A stretch of DNA of 40,423 nucleotides from Octopus sinensis. Taxonomy: Eukaryota. The position numbers and the translations under genes are program-made. Under the pieces are notes generated by a model, which saw only the letters and a program-made list of their open reading frames with translations, ran no database searches and was not told where the DNA came from. The stretch's first letter is position 1. Every line of letters begins with the position of its first letter. The stretch is taken from contig NW_021831923.1 in NCBI RefSeq assembly GCF_006345805.1, forward strand, positions 1-40,423, read 5' to 3'. Positions 1 through 11,780 of this stretch are shown here, piece by piece.

Positions 1-25
1 TGGGTTTGGTGGTTGGGTTGGTCCG

Positions 26-1258
26 TTCTTGGTTGTTTTTGTCATGCATTTCTGCATATCGCTCCTTGATTAGCCGTCCATACTGTGGTGTGGGGCAATA
101 ATGCTGGCTTTTGTTGTTTTTCGTGCGGCTGTGTGTTTGTTGTTGTCGTTGTTTCGCGGCAGATTTGTACTACTTTTTGAGGTGTGTTTCACTGCCGCAT
201 GGATAGCAGCGTGGCCTCTGCCCTCGACTACTACATACAACTTGCGGTCATCCGCAAGATGTGCGTGGTTGGGAATTTTGTTAATGTCGTCTGGCTTATG
301 TGGAAGAGAATCTCCAGTCTCTTTCCAACACAGTCCTTGTGTTCGAAATAGCGATTTCCAGGATGTTTATGCCCTCCATTTCGACCATATGGCGGATGTT
401 ATCCATGTGTGTTTGTTATTTGCGGGACATCTTGATAATGACCTTTGTTCCCCTCTGGCAAGGTAACTGGGTGTCATTGTTAGCTCATCTGAATGAAGAG
501 TTAGCGTTGAGAATTGCTTTGCCAACTCTTCATTCTAAAATACCACCTGTACGTGGGCAAACTTGTTTGCTTTTTCTGAACTTTATTTGTGTTGTTTTGT
601 TATTTATAAATAATCGTTTTCTTTTTTTCCGTTCTTTGTTTGTTTTTCATGCATTTCTGCATATAGCTTCTTGATTAGCCGTCCATACTGTGGTGTGGGC
701 AATACTGCTGGCTTTTGTGGTGGTTTTGTGTGCGTGTGCGGCTGTGTTGTTGGTTGTTGTTGTTGTCGTTTTTTCGCGGCAGATTTGTACTACTTTTTGA
801 GGTGTGTTTCACTGCCGCATGTATAGCAGCGTGGCCTTCTGCCCTCGACTACTACATACAACTTGCGGTCATCCGCAAGATGTGCGTGGTTGGGAATTTT
901 GTTAATGTCGTCTTGGCTTATGTGGAAGAGAATCTCCAGTCTCTTTCCCACACAGTCCTTGTGTTTCGAAATAGCGATTTCCAGGATGTTTATGCCCTCC
1001 ATTTCGACGCATATGGCGGATGTTATCCATAGTGTGTTTGTTATTTGCGGGACATTATTGATAATGACCTTTGTTACCCTCTGGCCAAGGTAACTGAGTG
1101 TCATTGTTAGCTCATCTGAATGAAGAGTTAGCGTTGAGAATTGCTTTGCCAACTCTTCATTCTGAAATACCACCTGTACGTGGGCAAACTTGTTTGCTTT
1201 TTCTGAACTTTTAGTTGTGTTGTTTGTTATTTTATAAATAATCGTTTTCTTTTTTTCC
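26..1258. repeat. Tandem duplication of about 605-628 bp inside ORF1 (copies 26-630 and 631-1258)
   Basis: The copies are collinear (e.g. agatttgtactactttttgaggtgtgtttcactgccgcat at 161 and 781), differ largely by 1-bp indels, and join at a TCC microhomology at 628-630. Confidence 0.9.
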
Positions 1259-2051
1259 TCATTCAGTATGTGTTGTGGCCGTTTTCTTTGGTGATTAGGG
1301 CTCTGGAGTCTTTTATCTGTTGTGCAGTAAACGATACTATTGGGTTTTTTTTTATCGCCTCGGCGAAGTTTGTTGTTGTTTTGTTATTGTTGTTACTGCT
1401 GGTGGTGTTGGTGTTGATGGCAGGGGTGTGGGTTGTGGGTATATTAGGTTTGTGGTTGCTGATTATGCCACTAGCAAGGGGTGGAAAATTGTCTGTATAA
1501 TTTGCCCCTGCGTTAGCGCAAACTTCGGCAACTGTTTTGATGGTCGCGGTTATTTCTTTCTCTCCTTCACTTGTTGGTGATGGAGGGAACAATGGCTGAA
1601 GGGAATTGTTGTTGTTGTTGTTGTTGTTATTGTCGTTCTTGGTGGCGGCGGTGGTATTAGTAGCAAGGGAGGCAGTCGTAGTAGCAGATATTGTAGTGGC
1701 GGCATTGGTGTTGACGGCACGGTCTTTGGTGGCGGTGATGGTGATTGGTCTGGTGATCTTGGTATTGTTATTGTTGTTGGTAGTGGTGTCGTTAGCAGTT
1801 GTAGTAGTAGAAGCTAAAATGGTGGTGGTGTCGGTGTTGATGGTGGAATCATTGGTGGCGGTGACGGTGCTTTGCCTTGCGACCTTTGTTTTGTAGTTGT
1901 TGCTGTTGTCGATGCTGATGGTGGTGGTGGTGGTGGTGGTGTAAGTAGTGTTCACACAGTCAAGTTCAGCGCATGGTGACAGGAGATCCTGCTTTTTTGT
2001 TTTGGCATCACGCTTCAGTTGCGCCTCAGCCTCGTGGTGACCAGTATCCAT
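790..2051 (-). pseudogene. Disrupted gag-like ORF1 (RRM-like segment plus CCHC knuckle)
   Basis: ORFs 1263-2051 and 790-1173 join through one frameshift near 1270-1280; the second frame reads ILNEEKKKTIIYKI...VQVVFQN. There is a TAG stop at 792-790 inside the knuckle, and the last Cys position reads TAC (Tyr). Confidence 0.7.
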
Positions 2052-2266
2052 TTTTGAAAATAAAAATGGCTAAAATACAACACGAGGCCTACGAAAATTT
2101 TTTAAATTTTGCCCACAAAGGGCGAAATTTTGTATAGATATCAGTCAAGGTTTGCAGTGGATGTTGTTGCACAACTTTTAAACACAAAATATTTGACAAT
2201 AAACACTTTTCAACGTACAAAATCACCAACTTACTTGGAGCCCATCTGACTTGCGTCTCTCTGTCC

Positions 2267-2415
<149 letters not shown>

Positions 2416-2769
2416 TCGAACTGTCTTGTGGAAATTCAGTTTCTGGCTACTGCGATTATTCGAGTAAATTTGGGATATTTTTTCATAAAATTTGAGAGCA
2501 TTTAATCGTGTGCCATTCAGTCTGCTTGTCGTTTTCTGAATAGCATTCGATTCTCTGATACTTCTTAATATATTCTAATGTTATATCCTTTAAATAAAAG
2601 TGAAAGAGTCTGCTCAATATATGGTAAAGAGTATATTGTTTATTTACAAATACTTAGTGTCTCAAGTTCTCTAGGTAACTTTTGGGCGTAGTTTTGCTTT
2701 ATTTGTGCTGTGAGTTATATGTATTCAGCGGATATTGTAAAGTAAATATCGTATGAAGCTCCCAGAATT

Positions 2770-3152
2770 TTCCTTCTCTCCGTGGATCTGCTGTATGGTA
2801 TATTTAGAATTAACAGAATGTACAATATCGTTAATTAGTTAGAATTAAATATCATAAATGGGATTTCATAATGTGCTACAGCCTTGTTTGTTTGGGAAAG
2901 GTCGGCTAATAATGAATGTTATCTGAAGGGTTATTATCAATAATATATTATCAACAACTATATTTAAGGTCGATATACAAAAGGCTTTTGTTTAAAGCAG
3001 GCTGTTATTTCATGCGAGCTTTTGATAATACAATACGGAAAGCTGAAGCCTAATATTCTCTTCTTTTCACCCTTTTCATCATGGAACAGGTTTTGACACT
3101 TTATGAAACAAAACCGGAAGTCATATACATCCGTGATATCTTAATGATATGG
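2770..3152 (+). pseudogene. Possible highly decayed Penelope-like reverse transcriptase remnant
   Basis: FLLSVDLLYGI (2770-2802) resembles the D-x-x-S-L-Y motif, and KPEVIYIRDILMIW (3111-3152) resembles KPxxWxRYIDDIFMIW. The spacing is about 110 codons, but stops and frameshifts lie between them. Confidence 0.3.
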
Positions 3153-3843
3153 CGTGTTTAAAGCTTAAAGACAATTCTCAGGCTACTCCTAACCAAATGC
3201 AATCAACTGTATGGAGCATAAGGTATTATTTGGCAAGACACGCGAGGAAATCTATTCAAACTGTGTCGTTACGGTATGAAAGATACCTCCTGGAGTTGCA
3301 TTGAGTATTATTCTACCAGCGACAAACTTGAATTTAGCTTATTACCTTCCAAACACAAACAACATGGCGTGATGGAATATTTAACAAACAACAAGCAAAT
3401 GGAAGATGAGCTTATCATAATGTTATTATCAAGACGTTTACTGGTGAGGAAGGCAAATTTGTGTGCTGATCATAAGAAACATAATCAGATCCGTGTCAGC
3501 TCTTTTCATTTTATTCATAGCGAGCAACGAAATATAGAAAATGGCAGTCGCATAATTATCAGTTATTAATTAGTGAAAATTAATAAAACACCTAATGAAA
3601 GCTAAAAAAAATAAATGTAGTTACATCTGTAAATTAATTTCATATTTACAAATATGTTTTTCTATAATCATTTTCTCCCCCTCCTTCCCCTCACCCTCTC
3701 TCTCTCTCTCTCTGATCTATAACTATGTGCGTGCTAATGTATATGTGTATGCATGTATACACGCGCACGCATACATATTTCTACATGTAGTTATATAATT
3801 ATATATGAATATATATAATGATATATATAACATACAAATATTA

Positions 3844-4645
3844 GTGTGGGCTGAAAAGTTCATAGGCTAGCTATGAAGGACTGACACTAGAGGCGTGAAA
3901 TCTTGTATGCATTAATTTCAGTCTTTCGTATTAATAACTGTATTGCTTGCTTCCAGGTAAACTGACATCTCACTCTTCAAGCAAAATTTCAGAAGTAACT
4001 AGTAGCGACTTCTCTTGAAAATGGACGAAATTTGGCATCTTTGTGGTATCATGTACCCTTAGAAGAATGGTTTAGCCACCAAGGACGTTCATGCCGACAT
4101 GGTGGCTACATTAGGGGTAGATACTCCATCTGCCATCAACAGTGCAAATGTGTGTTGCTGAATTTGGGAGAGGAAGGGAGAATCTTGAAGATGACCCGAG
4201 GGATGCAAGATGATGTCCTACAACTACCACTATTGAGGAAAACATTGATCATGTTCCCCACATGCTGATGGATGACAGGCTACAAATCAAATAGCCAATG
4301 CTATTAGAATATCTCGTAAGAGAGCTGAGCATATTCTGCACTATGGACTTGGCATGACGAATCTTTCTACCCGGTGGCTGCCACATCTTCTGATACTTGA
4401 TCAAGAGTGCACCAACCTGATCACACAGATTCAGTAGGTTTCCTTCAGTTTTTCCTAATGCAGGACGTGTGTTGGCTTCATTTCTTTGAGCAGAGAAAAA
4501 GACAGAAAGAGACCATCCATGCTTTGAAAATACCCCTCCGCACCTACTCCAAAGGTCGAAGTCGTTTTATCTGCAGAGAGGGTGATGGCCTCAGTGTTTT
4601 GGGAAGCAATAAGCATCGTATTTAATGACTATCTTCAAAAGGGCC

Positions 4646-4651
<6 letters not shown>
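3844..4651 (+). mobile_element. Mariner transposon 5' fragment (left TIR-like end plus decayed transposase N-terminus)
   Basis: TA then gtgtgggctgaaaagttcatagg at 3844, and an ATG at 4021. Shifted frames give KDVHADMVATLG, AEFGRGRENLEDDPR, RWLPHLL and VMASVFWEAISIVFNDYLQKGQ, all mariner motifs. The fragment is cut off by (TA)n at 4652. Confidence 0.85.
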
Positions 4652-4683
<32 letters not shown>

Positions 4684-4954
4684 TTAATCAGGTCTCTGTG
4701 TATCTCTCCGATGGTGCACATCTTTCTGCCGTCTTTCGAACCAGGTTTCCGGTTTGAAGATCAATTTATGCGGTATTCATTGCAATCCCCCAAGCCCTAT
4801 AAAGGGCTGTGAGCCTTGCTCTATCTCTTGACCCCGCGATGAAAATCAGCCTTAAGTTTGAGCCGAGGCACTGATCAAGGTTAAAATATTTTGGCTTGAA
4901 ACTCTTTGCCCTTCAAACTTCCCGCTAACTAAAGACATGTGCGTGAGATATGGT

Positions 4955-5097
4955 GCATATATATATATATATATATAATATATTATATATATATATATAT
5001 ATATGCGTGTGGGTTTGTATGTATGTGTGTATTAGCTATAACTGAAGGGCATTCAAACGAAAGACTAGTCGTACACACACACGCGCATATATATGTA

Positions 5098-5154
<57 letters not shown>

Positions 5155-5311
5155 CATAAATATATACAACTATCTATACACACATCTACATATATATGTA
5201 TATATATATATATGATATATATATACAGATATATATATGCATACACACAACACACACCACAGATATATAATATATATGTATATAATATATATATATATAC
5301 AGATATATACG

Positions 5312-5368
<57 letters not shown>
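4955..5368. repeat. Compound (TA)n/(CA)n microsatellite
   Basis: Directly visible dinucleotide runs; source of several spurious YI/HT ORFs. Confidence 0.95.
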
Positions 5369-5375
<7 letters not shown>

Positions 5376-5380
5376 CTTAG

Positions 5381-5430
5381 ATATTATGCGACTAGCTTAT
5401 CAAGATTCCGTTTCAGTTCACTTTCAATGA
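5381..5430 (+). CDS. Candidate terminal coding exon, copy 1 ([16 protein letters not shown])
   Basis: It follows the acceptor-like cctctcttAG (5379-5380). It is homologous to 10059-10111 from the AG onward, with the same frame and stop position. No product recognised. Confidence 0.4.
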
Positions 5431-5761
5431 CCTTTATAAGTTTGAAGAGACGATCAGAGAATCACCAGAAATAATTAGGCCGACTTAATGTGATTGTTTT
5501 CATAAGGCATTATGGGATATGAATTGTTAATTTCAAACCATTACTTTCAAGGCTGTATATAATATACTGAATATAGTTATAAGTATTTTATTTTCGATTT
5601 CTTTTTTAAAAAATTCTTTTAAAATCAGCTCGCTCCAACTGAATTTCATTTGGATATTTAATAAGCTATTTAATGTGATAGATGCGGCGAAAACCCGTTA
5701 AAACTGTGTTGTTGTTCTTTAGTCTTGTGTGTTGAGTTATAATTAAAATTAAGTGTTTGGT

Positions 5762-5966
5762 GCAGGCGTGGCTATGTTGTATGAAGCTTGCTTCACAACC
5801 GTATGGCTCCACGTTCAGTCTCACTGCGTGACATTTTGGGTAGATGCCTTCTACTCCAGCCTCGGGTTTGACGAAAGCCCTGTAGATGGATTTGGTAAGT
5901 GGAAAATTTAATAAACTCAGGTGTGCGTGTATGTATGTATATATATATATATACATATATATATAC

Positions 5967-6064
<98 letters not shown>

Positions 6065-6428
6065 GTATACAAAATGGGACAACAAAACATCCAAACAGAC
6101 GATACAAAGAAAACAAGGACGGGTCATTCGGAGTTTTCTTTCCTCAGTCGTGTACCAGATTATCTTCGCAAATATATATGTATGTATATACGTACGTATG
6201 TGTGTGTGTGTGTGTGTGTAAGAGTATCTTTGCGTCCCTGCCATCGCTTGAAAACAGGTTTTGGTGTGTTTACTTCTCCGTAACCTGGCGTTTCGTCAAA
6301 AGAACCCGACAGTTTTAGTACCAGGCTCAAAAAGCAATTAGTATCGGAGTCTATTCAATTGACTAGAAAATTCTGCAAGGCGCTGCTCCAGCAAGGACAC
6401 AGTCTTAACGATTGAAACAGGTAAAAGA
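5762..6428 (+). mobile_element. tRNA-headed SINE (family B) with an expanded internal microsatellite and an inserted fragment
   Basis: The 5' half (5762-5910) and 3' half (about 6225-6428) are collinear with the intact copy at 6447-6825 and are separated by (TA)n/(TG)n tracts. Confidence 0.7.
6061..6175. repeat. Short Penelope-like terminal fragment, homologous to 24298-24358
   Basis: gac-gggtcattcggag...tcctcagtc..acc..at..tcttcgcaaat aligns with gac-aaatcattcgaag...tcttcagtc..acc..at..tcatagcaaat. Both sit beside (TA)n arrays. The family assignment is inference. Confidence 0.45.
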
Positions 6429-6446
6429 AAAGAAAATTTTAATGTT

Positions 6447-6825
6447 GGCGTAGAAGTGGCTGAGTGGAAAGTCGCATGCTAACGAACAACATGGTTCCGG
6501 GTTCATTCCCACTGCATGGCTGCTTGGGCAAGTGTCTTCTACTATAGCCTTGAGCCGACCAAAACCTTGTGAGTGGATTTAGTAGACGGAAACGGAATTA
6601 AGCCCATCATATGTGTATGTGTGTGTGTGTGTGTTTGTGTGTCTGTGTTTGTCCCACAATCATCGCTTGACAACCGATGCTACTGCGTTTACGTCCCCGT
6701 AACGTAGCGGTTCGGCAAAAGAGATCCAATAGAATAAGTTTGCAAAAAGTAAGTCCTGGGATCGATTTGCTTGACTAAAGGCGGTGCTCCAGCGTGGCCG
6801 CAGTCAAATGACTAAAACAAGTTAA
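6447..6825 (+). mobile_element. Near full-length tRNA-headed SINE (family B)
   Basis: A-box-like gtggctgagtgg, B-box-like gggttcattccc, an internal (TG)n tract, and the tail ggcggtgctccagcgtggccgcagtcaaatgact shared with 27315-27350 and 40132-40166. Confidence 0.8.
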
Positions 6826-8040
6826 AAAAAAAATAAATGAAATTACAAAATATAACTAAATTTTATGGTTATTCCACTAATGATGTCAAATAGCTACCAA
6901 AACAACAGAACTGTTATTTTCTGCAAGTTATGTTTCCTCAATAAATTTGAGATATCCCCCCACCACAAAAAATTATGATTTTAGATATAACATTCCTCAG
7001 TAAAAGATAGATTTGTATATTTCTCATCAGGAATCTTGCAACACAAATTTAATTTAATTTCGCAGCTAAAGGGTTAAAACAGTCCGCGATAGTGATGAAT
7101 GAGATATGGCTACTATTAGCTAGCATATCTGGCCATCACACTGAGTTAACTATATTTTGTGCTGGTAAGTTTGATAAGACATATCTGTTGCCATTCCACA
7201 GTAGTCCAAAGTTCTTGAAATTCGTTTAATTTTGCCTTGCTTATGGTCGTGTCAGCTGTAATTTTATTAAGCATATTGTAGTGAAGGGACGAGAGTTAGA
7301 GAGAGAGAATGAGAGAAATTGAGAGAGAGAGAATGAGAGGAATTGAAAGTGAGAGAAAGAAAGAAAGAAAGAGTGTGTGTGTGTATATATATCGAGAGAG
7401 AGGGAAGGAGAGAGACCCTGTTATTAATTAACTTGCTAAAATAGCAGCCGAATTACCGTCAACCCCTTTATTTTGATCTTAACAAAAGGACACATTGTAT
7501 AATGTAGTTGTGCAGTCTGAGATACCGACGGGATGGTTATGCATGGATTGTCTTTATTAAGGTTTGTTCGCTTGATCAATGCTCCGGTGGGACCGAACAA
7601 CAATATGAATAACAACCCATTTGCAATAAAGTGGACAAGGACTCGAACATTAGTAAGTTAGTTGTATCAGTTAAAGACGTAGAAAGCAATCCATGAGACA
7701 GAAAACGAACAGTTACAAAACGTGACGTGATGAGATGGGCAACGGCCTCACAGACACAAGACTTGGTTTCCTATAAAGGACTCATACGTTCAGCAACAAC
7801 CATTCCCAGTGGCATAAAAGAACGATTGGAGAATAATACCGATAAACATCTGCTTTATGGAAAGGAGAATTTGGTATACTTAATGTAGTAAGTCAAGAAT
7901 TTAATTAAAAATGGCTAATTCAATGATTAATGGGAAGAGGGCTCAGTGATAGTGATGGTTGTAGTCGATATTTCGATATTACCGAGGAAATTATGTTTCC
8001 GTAGTTATTTTCAAATTGTTGATATTGCCTATCAGTCGAA

Positions 8041-8239
8041 GGCGGCGAGCTGGCAAACTCATTAGTAACCCGGGGAAATGCTTGACCACACTCTGTCCGT
8101 CTTTACGTTATGAGTTTAAATTCTGGCTTTATCTTTCATCAGTTTCGCAGTCGATAAAATAAGTACCAGCAGTGGGATCGGTGTAACCAACTTACCTATC
8201 TCGCCAAAAATTGCTGGCATTGTGCCAAAATTTGAAACC
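8041..8239 (+). mobile_element. Diverged SINE (family O, resembling octopus OR-type SINEs)
   Basis: Head ggcggcgagctggca and core tcgataaaataagtaccag shared with the other family O copies. Confidence 0.7.
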
Positions 8240-8516
8240 GATATCATCTATCGGTCGCAACTTTGGACTGAAGTGTAACATCCTAGAAAATAGTCACAGA
8301 AGAAAAAAGTATAAGACCGCCTTCGTAAACTGTTTGTTGCTCCACGTATGAATCACAAGACTGTGGCACAGTTTCTTTGTAGCGTCAGCTGGAATATTTG
8401 TCAAAGTCATTTCATCATTAAAAGTACTGAATATAGATGTAACACCACGATTTTGTTTCAGGTGTTTTCAATCTGTTTATGTCATGTATTGTCAATAAAT
8501 GGCTGACTCAAAACGT

Positions 8517-9055
8517 CGAGCTGGCAGAGTCGTTAAGCACACCGGGCGTAATGCTTAGCGGTATTTCGCCTGCCGCTACGTTCTGAGTTCAAATTCCGCC
8601 CAGGTCGACTTTGCCTTTCATCCTTTCGGGGTCGATTAAAATAAGTACCAGTTACGCACTGTCGTCGATATAATCGACTTAATCCGTTTGTCTGTCCGTG
8701 TTTGTTCCCTCTGTGTTTAGCCCCTTGTGGGTAGTAAAGAAATAGTTATTTCGTCTGCCGCTACGTTCTGAGTTCAAATTCCGCCCAGGTCGACTTTGCC
8801 TTTCATCCTTTCGGGGTCGATTAAATAAGTACCAGTTACACACTGGGGTCGATGTAATCGACTTAATACCTATGTCTGTCCTTGTTTGTCCCCTCTGTGT
8901 TTAGCCCCTTGTAGGTAGTAAAGAAATAGGTATTTCGTCTGCCGCTACGTTCTGAGTTCAAATTCCGCTGAGGTCAACTTTGCTTTTCATCCTTTCGGGA
9001 TCGATAAATTAAGTACCAGTTGCGTACTGGGGTTAATCTAATCAATTTCACCCCC
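8517..9055 (+). mobile_element. SINE family O trimer (one head plus three bodies, period about 185 bp)
   Basis: Units begin at 8561, 8746 and 8930, each containing ctacgttctgagttcaaattccgc...gtcgactttgcctttcatcctttcgg. Confidence 0.9.
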
Positions 9056-9440
9056 CTGCTTTTGTTTCAACGTCTTGCTTCAGAAATTCAGTAGAAAGAT
9101 GTTGTGCTTTCACACACGTGAAACGCTATCACATATAAACTGTGAACAAGTCATGTACTGTCAGTTAGTAACTGATTTGAAATATTTATTGCTTTATAAC
9201 TTTAATTGTTTATAGTAATTAAATGAAATCGGACACCTCAGTATCAAGACAGGGTTTAAATTCTGATTGCATAGAGTTGTAAAAGGTGCCGCAGCGCATA
9301 AGATCCGTCGCTCTAACAATTTCGCCAATGCACCGGACAGGACAGGACTGAACTGAACTGAACTGGACTGAACTAAGAACTGGGAAAGAGTGAAAGTCAT
9401 AAGGGATTCTTTTTGTTTCTGTTAAATATTAAACGCCCAG

Positions 9441-9489
9441 GTTGAGTCGTGTTTTGGTTTTAATTTTGACGGCTTTCAAACTAAAGGAA
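9441..9489 (+). CDS. Candidate 49-nt internal exon (VESCFGFNFDGFQTKG plus 1 nt)
   Basis: Flanked by cccAG (9439-9440) and GTAAG (9490). The phase-1 end fits the phase of the exon at 10059. Prediction only. Confidence 0.35.
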
Positions 9490-9499
9490 GTAAGGTACT

Positions 9500-9705
9500 G
9501 TTTGGTATGTGTGAGAGTGTGTGCGTGTGTATGTGTGCGCGTGTGTGTTTGTGTGTGTGGGTGTTTGTATATTTGTTCGTGTGTGTTTCTCTGTGTGAGT
9601 GCGAGTATGTGTATGTGTGTGAGTGTGTATGCATGTGTACTTATATGTATAATTATCTTTGCCCATATATATATTTGTTCCTGTATACAAAGGTTTGTGT
9701 ACACC

Positions 9706-9754
<49 letters not shown>

Positions 9755-9779
9755 ATATTTGCGAATATTTTTGCACATA

Positions 9780-9830
<51 letters not shown>

Positions 9831-10045
9831 CATAAACTCGCATACAAACGCTCGTACACTCAAACGTACATGTGTGTGTGTTTGCATGTATGTCTGTGCT
9901 TGCCTCTGTGTGTGTGTGTGTGTGTGTTTGCATGTATGTCTGTGCTTGCCTGTGTGTGTGTGTGTGTGTGTGTGTGTTGTGTGTGTGTGTGTGTGTGTGT
10001 GTTTGCATGTATGTCTGTGCTTGCCTGTGTGTGTGTGTGTGTGGT
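9500..10045. repeat. (TG)n/(TA)n array containing three copies of a 25-bp core
   Basis: tttgcatgtatgtctgtgcttgcct occurs at 9881-9905, 9927-9951 and 10002-10026, separated by (TG)n runs of different lengths. Confidence 0.9.
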
Positions 10046-10058
10046 GTTGTTTTATTAG

Positions 10059-10111
10059 ATATTATACGACCATCATCTTATCGTGATTCCGTTTCAGTTA
10101 ACTATCAATAA
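10059..10111 (+). CDS. Candidate terminal coding exon, copy 2 (x-IIRPSSYRDSVSVNYQ*)
   Basis: It follows gttgttttattAG (10057-10058). It is a paralog of 5381-5430 with one 3-nt indel and TAA in place of TGA. Confidence 0.4.
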
Positions 10112-10494
10112 CCTTTGTAACTTTAAAGAGATCTTCATAGAAATAATTACACCGACGTAATGTGATTGTTTTCGCAAAGAATTATGGTATAGATGTTTCA
10201 GAGACTAGATCTAGTTTATGCAAGTGATAATCAGAATACTGTCTCAATTTGTCCGAAAAAGCCACCACCACCACCACCATTACCACCACCAAACAACCAG
10301 CTGATCAATCAGCTGATCAAATATATTGTCGTCCTACTACTTCAGCAGTTTCAGCATGTTCACCAACCGGAACCCTCATCGTCGTAACCGACGGAGTGCT
10401 TCCATTCACTACCTAAGCAAAAAAAAACAAAAAAAAAACAGAATCAACGTACACCTGACGAAGAGCTGTTACTATGTGTTTTGCTATATCGACA

Positions 10495-10612
10495 ACTAGC
10501 AGTATAACCCGGCTTTGTTCGGGATTAAGTTCGGATTATTAAGCTAATCCAGTTCTTTATTTCAAATCAAACATCGACGTCAAATTTGGGCGAGATCCGT
10601 TGAAATTGGTTT
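10495..10612 (-). mobile_element. Helitron-like 3' terminus fragment
   Basis: The minus strand reads cccg-aacaaagc-cggg (short hairpin), then ttatactg, then CTAG-T. This is the canonical Helitron 3' end arrangement. Confidence 0.5.
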
Positions 10613-11094
10613 ACATGTGAGGCACTTACTCACATGCCAAGTATTTGGACTGAACCCGGAACCACGAGATTAAGAAGCAAACTTCCTATCACACAGCAAT
10701 ACCTGTGTCTGAAATAGTAGGCCCCTCTGATGAAAACGTACGAAAGTATGGTAAATAAAAAAAATCAAATATAAAAGTAAGAAAGCAACCGAGAGATATG
10801 ACTCAACAGATTAGTTAGGCTCAGATCGCCAAAGACTCAGAACACCTTCCGCTCCATCGTTACATTCTGAAAGTGCATTCTTTGAAATTTCCTGTGAGAA
10901 TTTACATATTTTGAACCATGTTAGACACCCCACTCTGCACATGCAGAAAAATGCGATCTTTCTCATTTTGGTAGAGAGCTTACGCAATTTGTAACTAACT
11001 CGTAAATATAGCTATCAGGCAAGGCACATGTATAACGTTGAGTACTTTCAGTTCCGAAGAAAATACGAATGCAAAACACAAATACAGACCGCAA

Positions 11095-11445
11095 GTGATC
11101 TATGATCATGAACGGAAGTAGTGGGGGAGTATCATAGCCATGTGCTTAGAGGAATCCACCCCTGGAAGAATGGGCTTTTCGTTCAACATCCTTAAAGAAC
11201 CCTAATTCAAGGACCATATGAGCGGGATGGGCTACTCGACTTCAGGAAAAGAAGAAAGTTTTTGGACCCACCTGCAAGGTCATGCTCTGTTTAACTTGAT
11301 ATGAGATCGCCATGTCGCGCACACATGGTTTAGATGAATGTGCCCCGTGTACTCTTATCAGAAGGGTAGTCATGATGGGTATACTGGGCTTTGTATATTT
11401 TATCCCAGTGTCACATTGATAGTATGCACTGCTATCTCACTCAAT
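11095..11445 (+). mobile_element. Non-coding interspersed repeat (family D) ending in (AAT)n
   Basis: Collinear with the reverse complement of 32756-33110 (aagtagtgggg...gcgggatgggctactc...cctgcaaggtcatg...ctcactcaat). It runs into the (AAT)n array at 11446-11568. Confidence 0.8.
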
Positions 11446-11452
11446 GATGATG

Positions 11453-11492
<40 letters not shown>

Positions 11493-11505
11493 TAATAATA
11501 ATAAC

Positions 11506-11568
<63 letters not shown>

Positions 11569-11717
11569 CTGGTATCCTTCCTGTACATTACAGCATTCTT
11601 AATTATAAAGAAATGTCCAACTTGTTACTTGTTACAAATCTCTGGTTGAGACTTGTAACTGTTCATATAATACAAAGCAACAATATCGTAAATAACAACA
11701 ACAACAACAACAACAAC

Positions 11718-11780
<63 letters not shown>

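Larger units (their letters stand above)
1..2266 (-). mobile_element. 5' part of an L1/Tx1-type non-LTR retrotransposon (5' UTR about 2266-2052 plus degenerate ORF1); ORF2 would lie left of the window
   Basis: The minus strand encodes a T/N-rich N-terminus, then an RRM-like segment (VFQNEELAK...YLGQRVTKVIINNVP) and a gag-type zinc knuckle (VVVEGRRPRCYTCGSETHLKK). This layout is typical of Tx1/L1 ORF1 proteins. The element starts directly at the (GATA)n array at 2267. Confidence 0.7.

Noticed and set aside
300-1093. Plus-strand ORFs over the first 1.1 kb (also 1270-1896)
   Set aside because: They are antisense shadows of the minus-strand ORF1, which carries the recognisable zinc knuckle.
3276-3569. 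97-aa ORF in non-repetitive-looking sequence
   Set aside because: It has no recognisable motif or splice support and lies just downstream of a probable decayed Penelope RT remnant.
6116-6150. Hammerhead candidates on the minus strand here and at 24300-24335
   Set aside because: Both have CUGA(G/A)GA but share GAAUGA instead of GAAAC and lack good stems I and II, so they do not fit the canonical fold.
8517-9055. Tandem units of about 185 bp as a CRISPR array or satellite
   Set aside because: There are no short repeats with unique spacers, the units are bodies of a dispersed SINE, and the context is eukaryotic.
10452-10475. CTGACGAAGAGC core start (also CTGATGA at 10727, CTGAAGA at 20624, and 5042-5070)
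   Set aside because: There is either no downstream GAAA in register or no pairing stem II.
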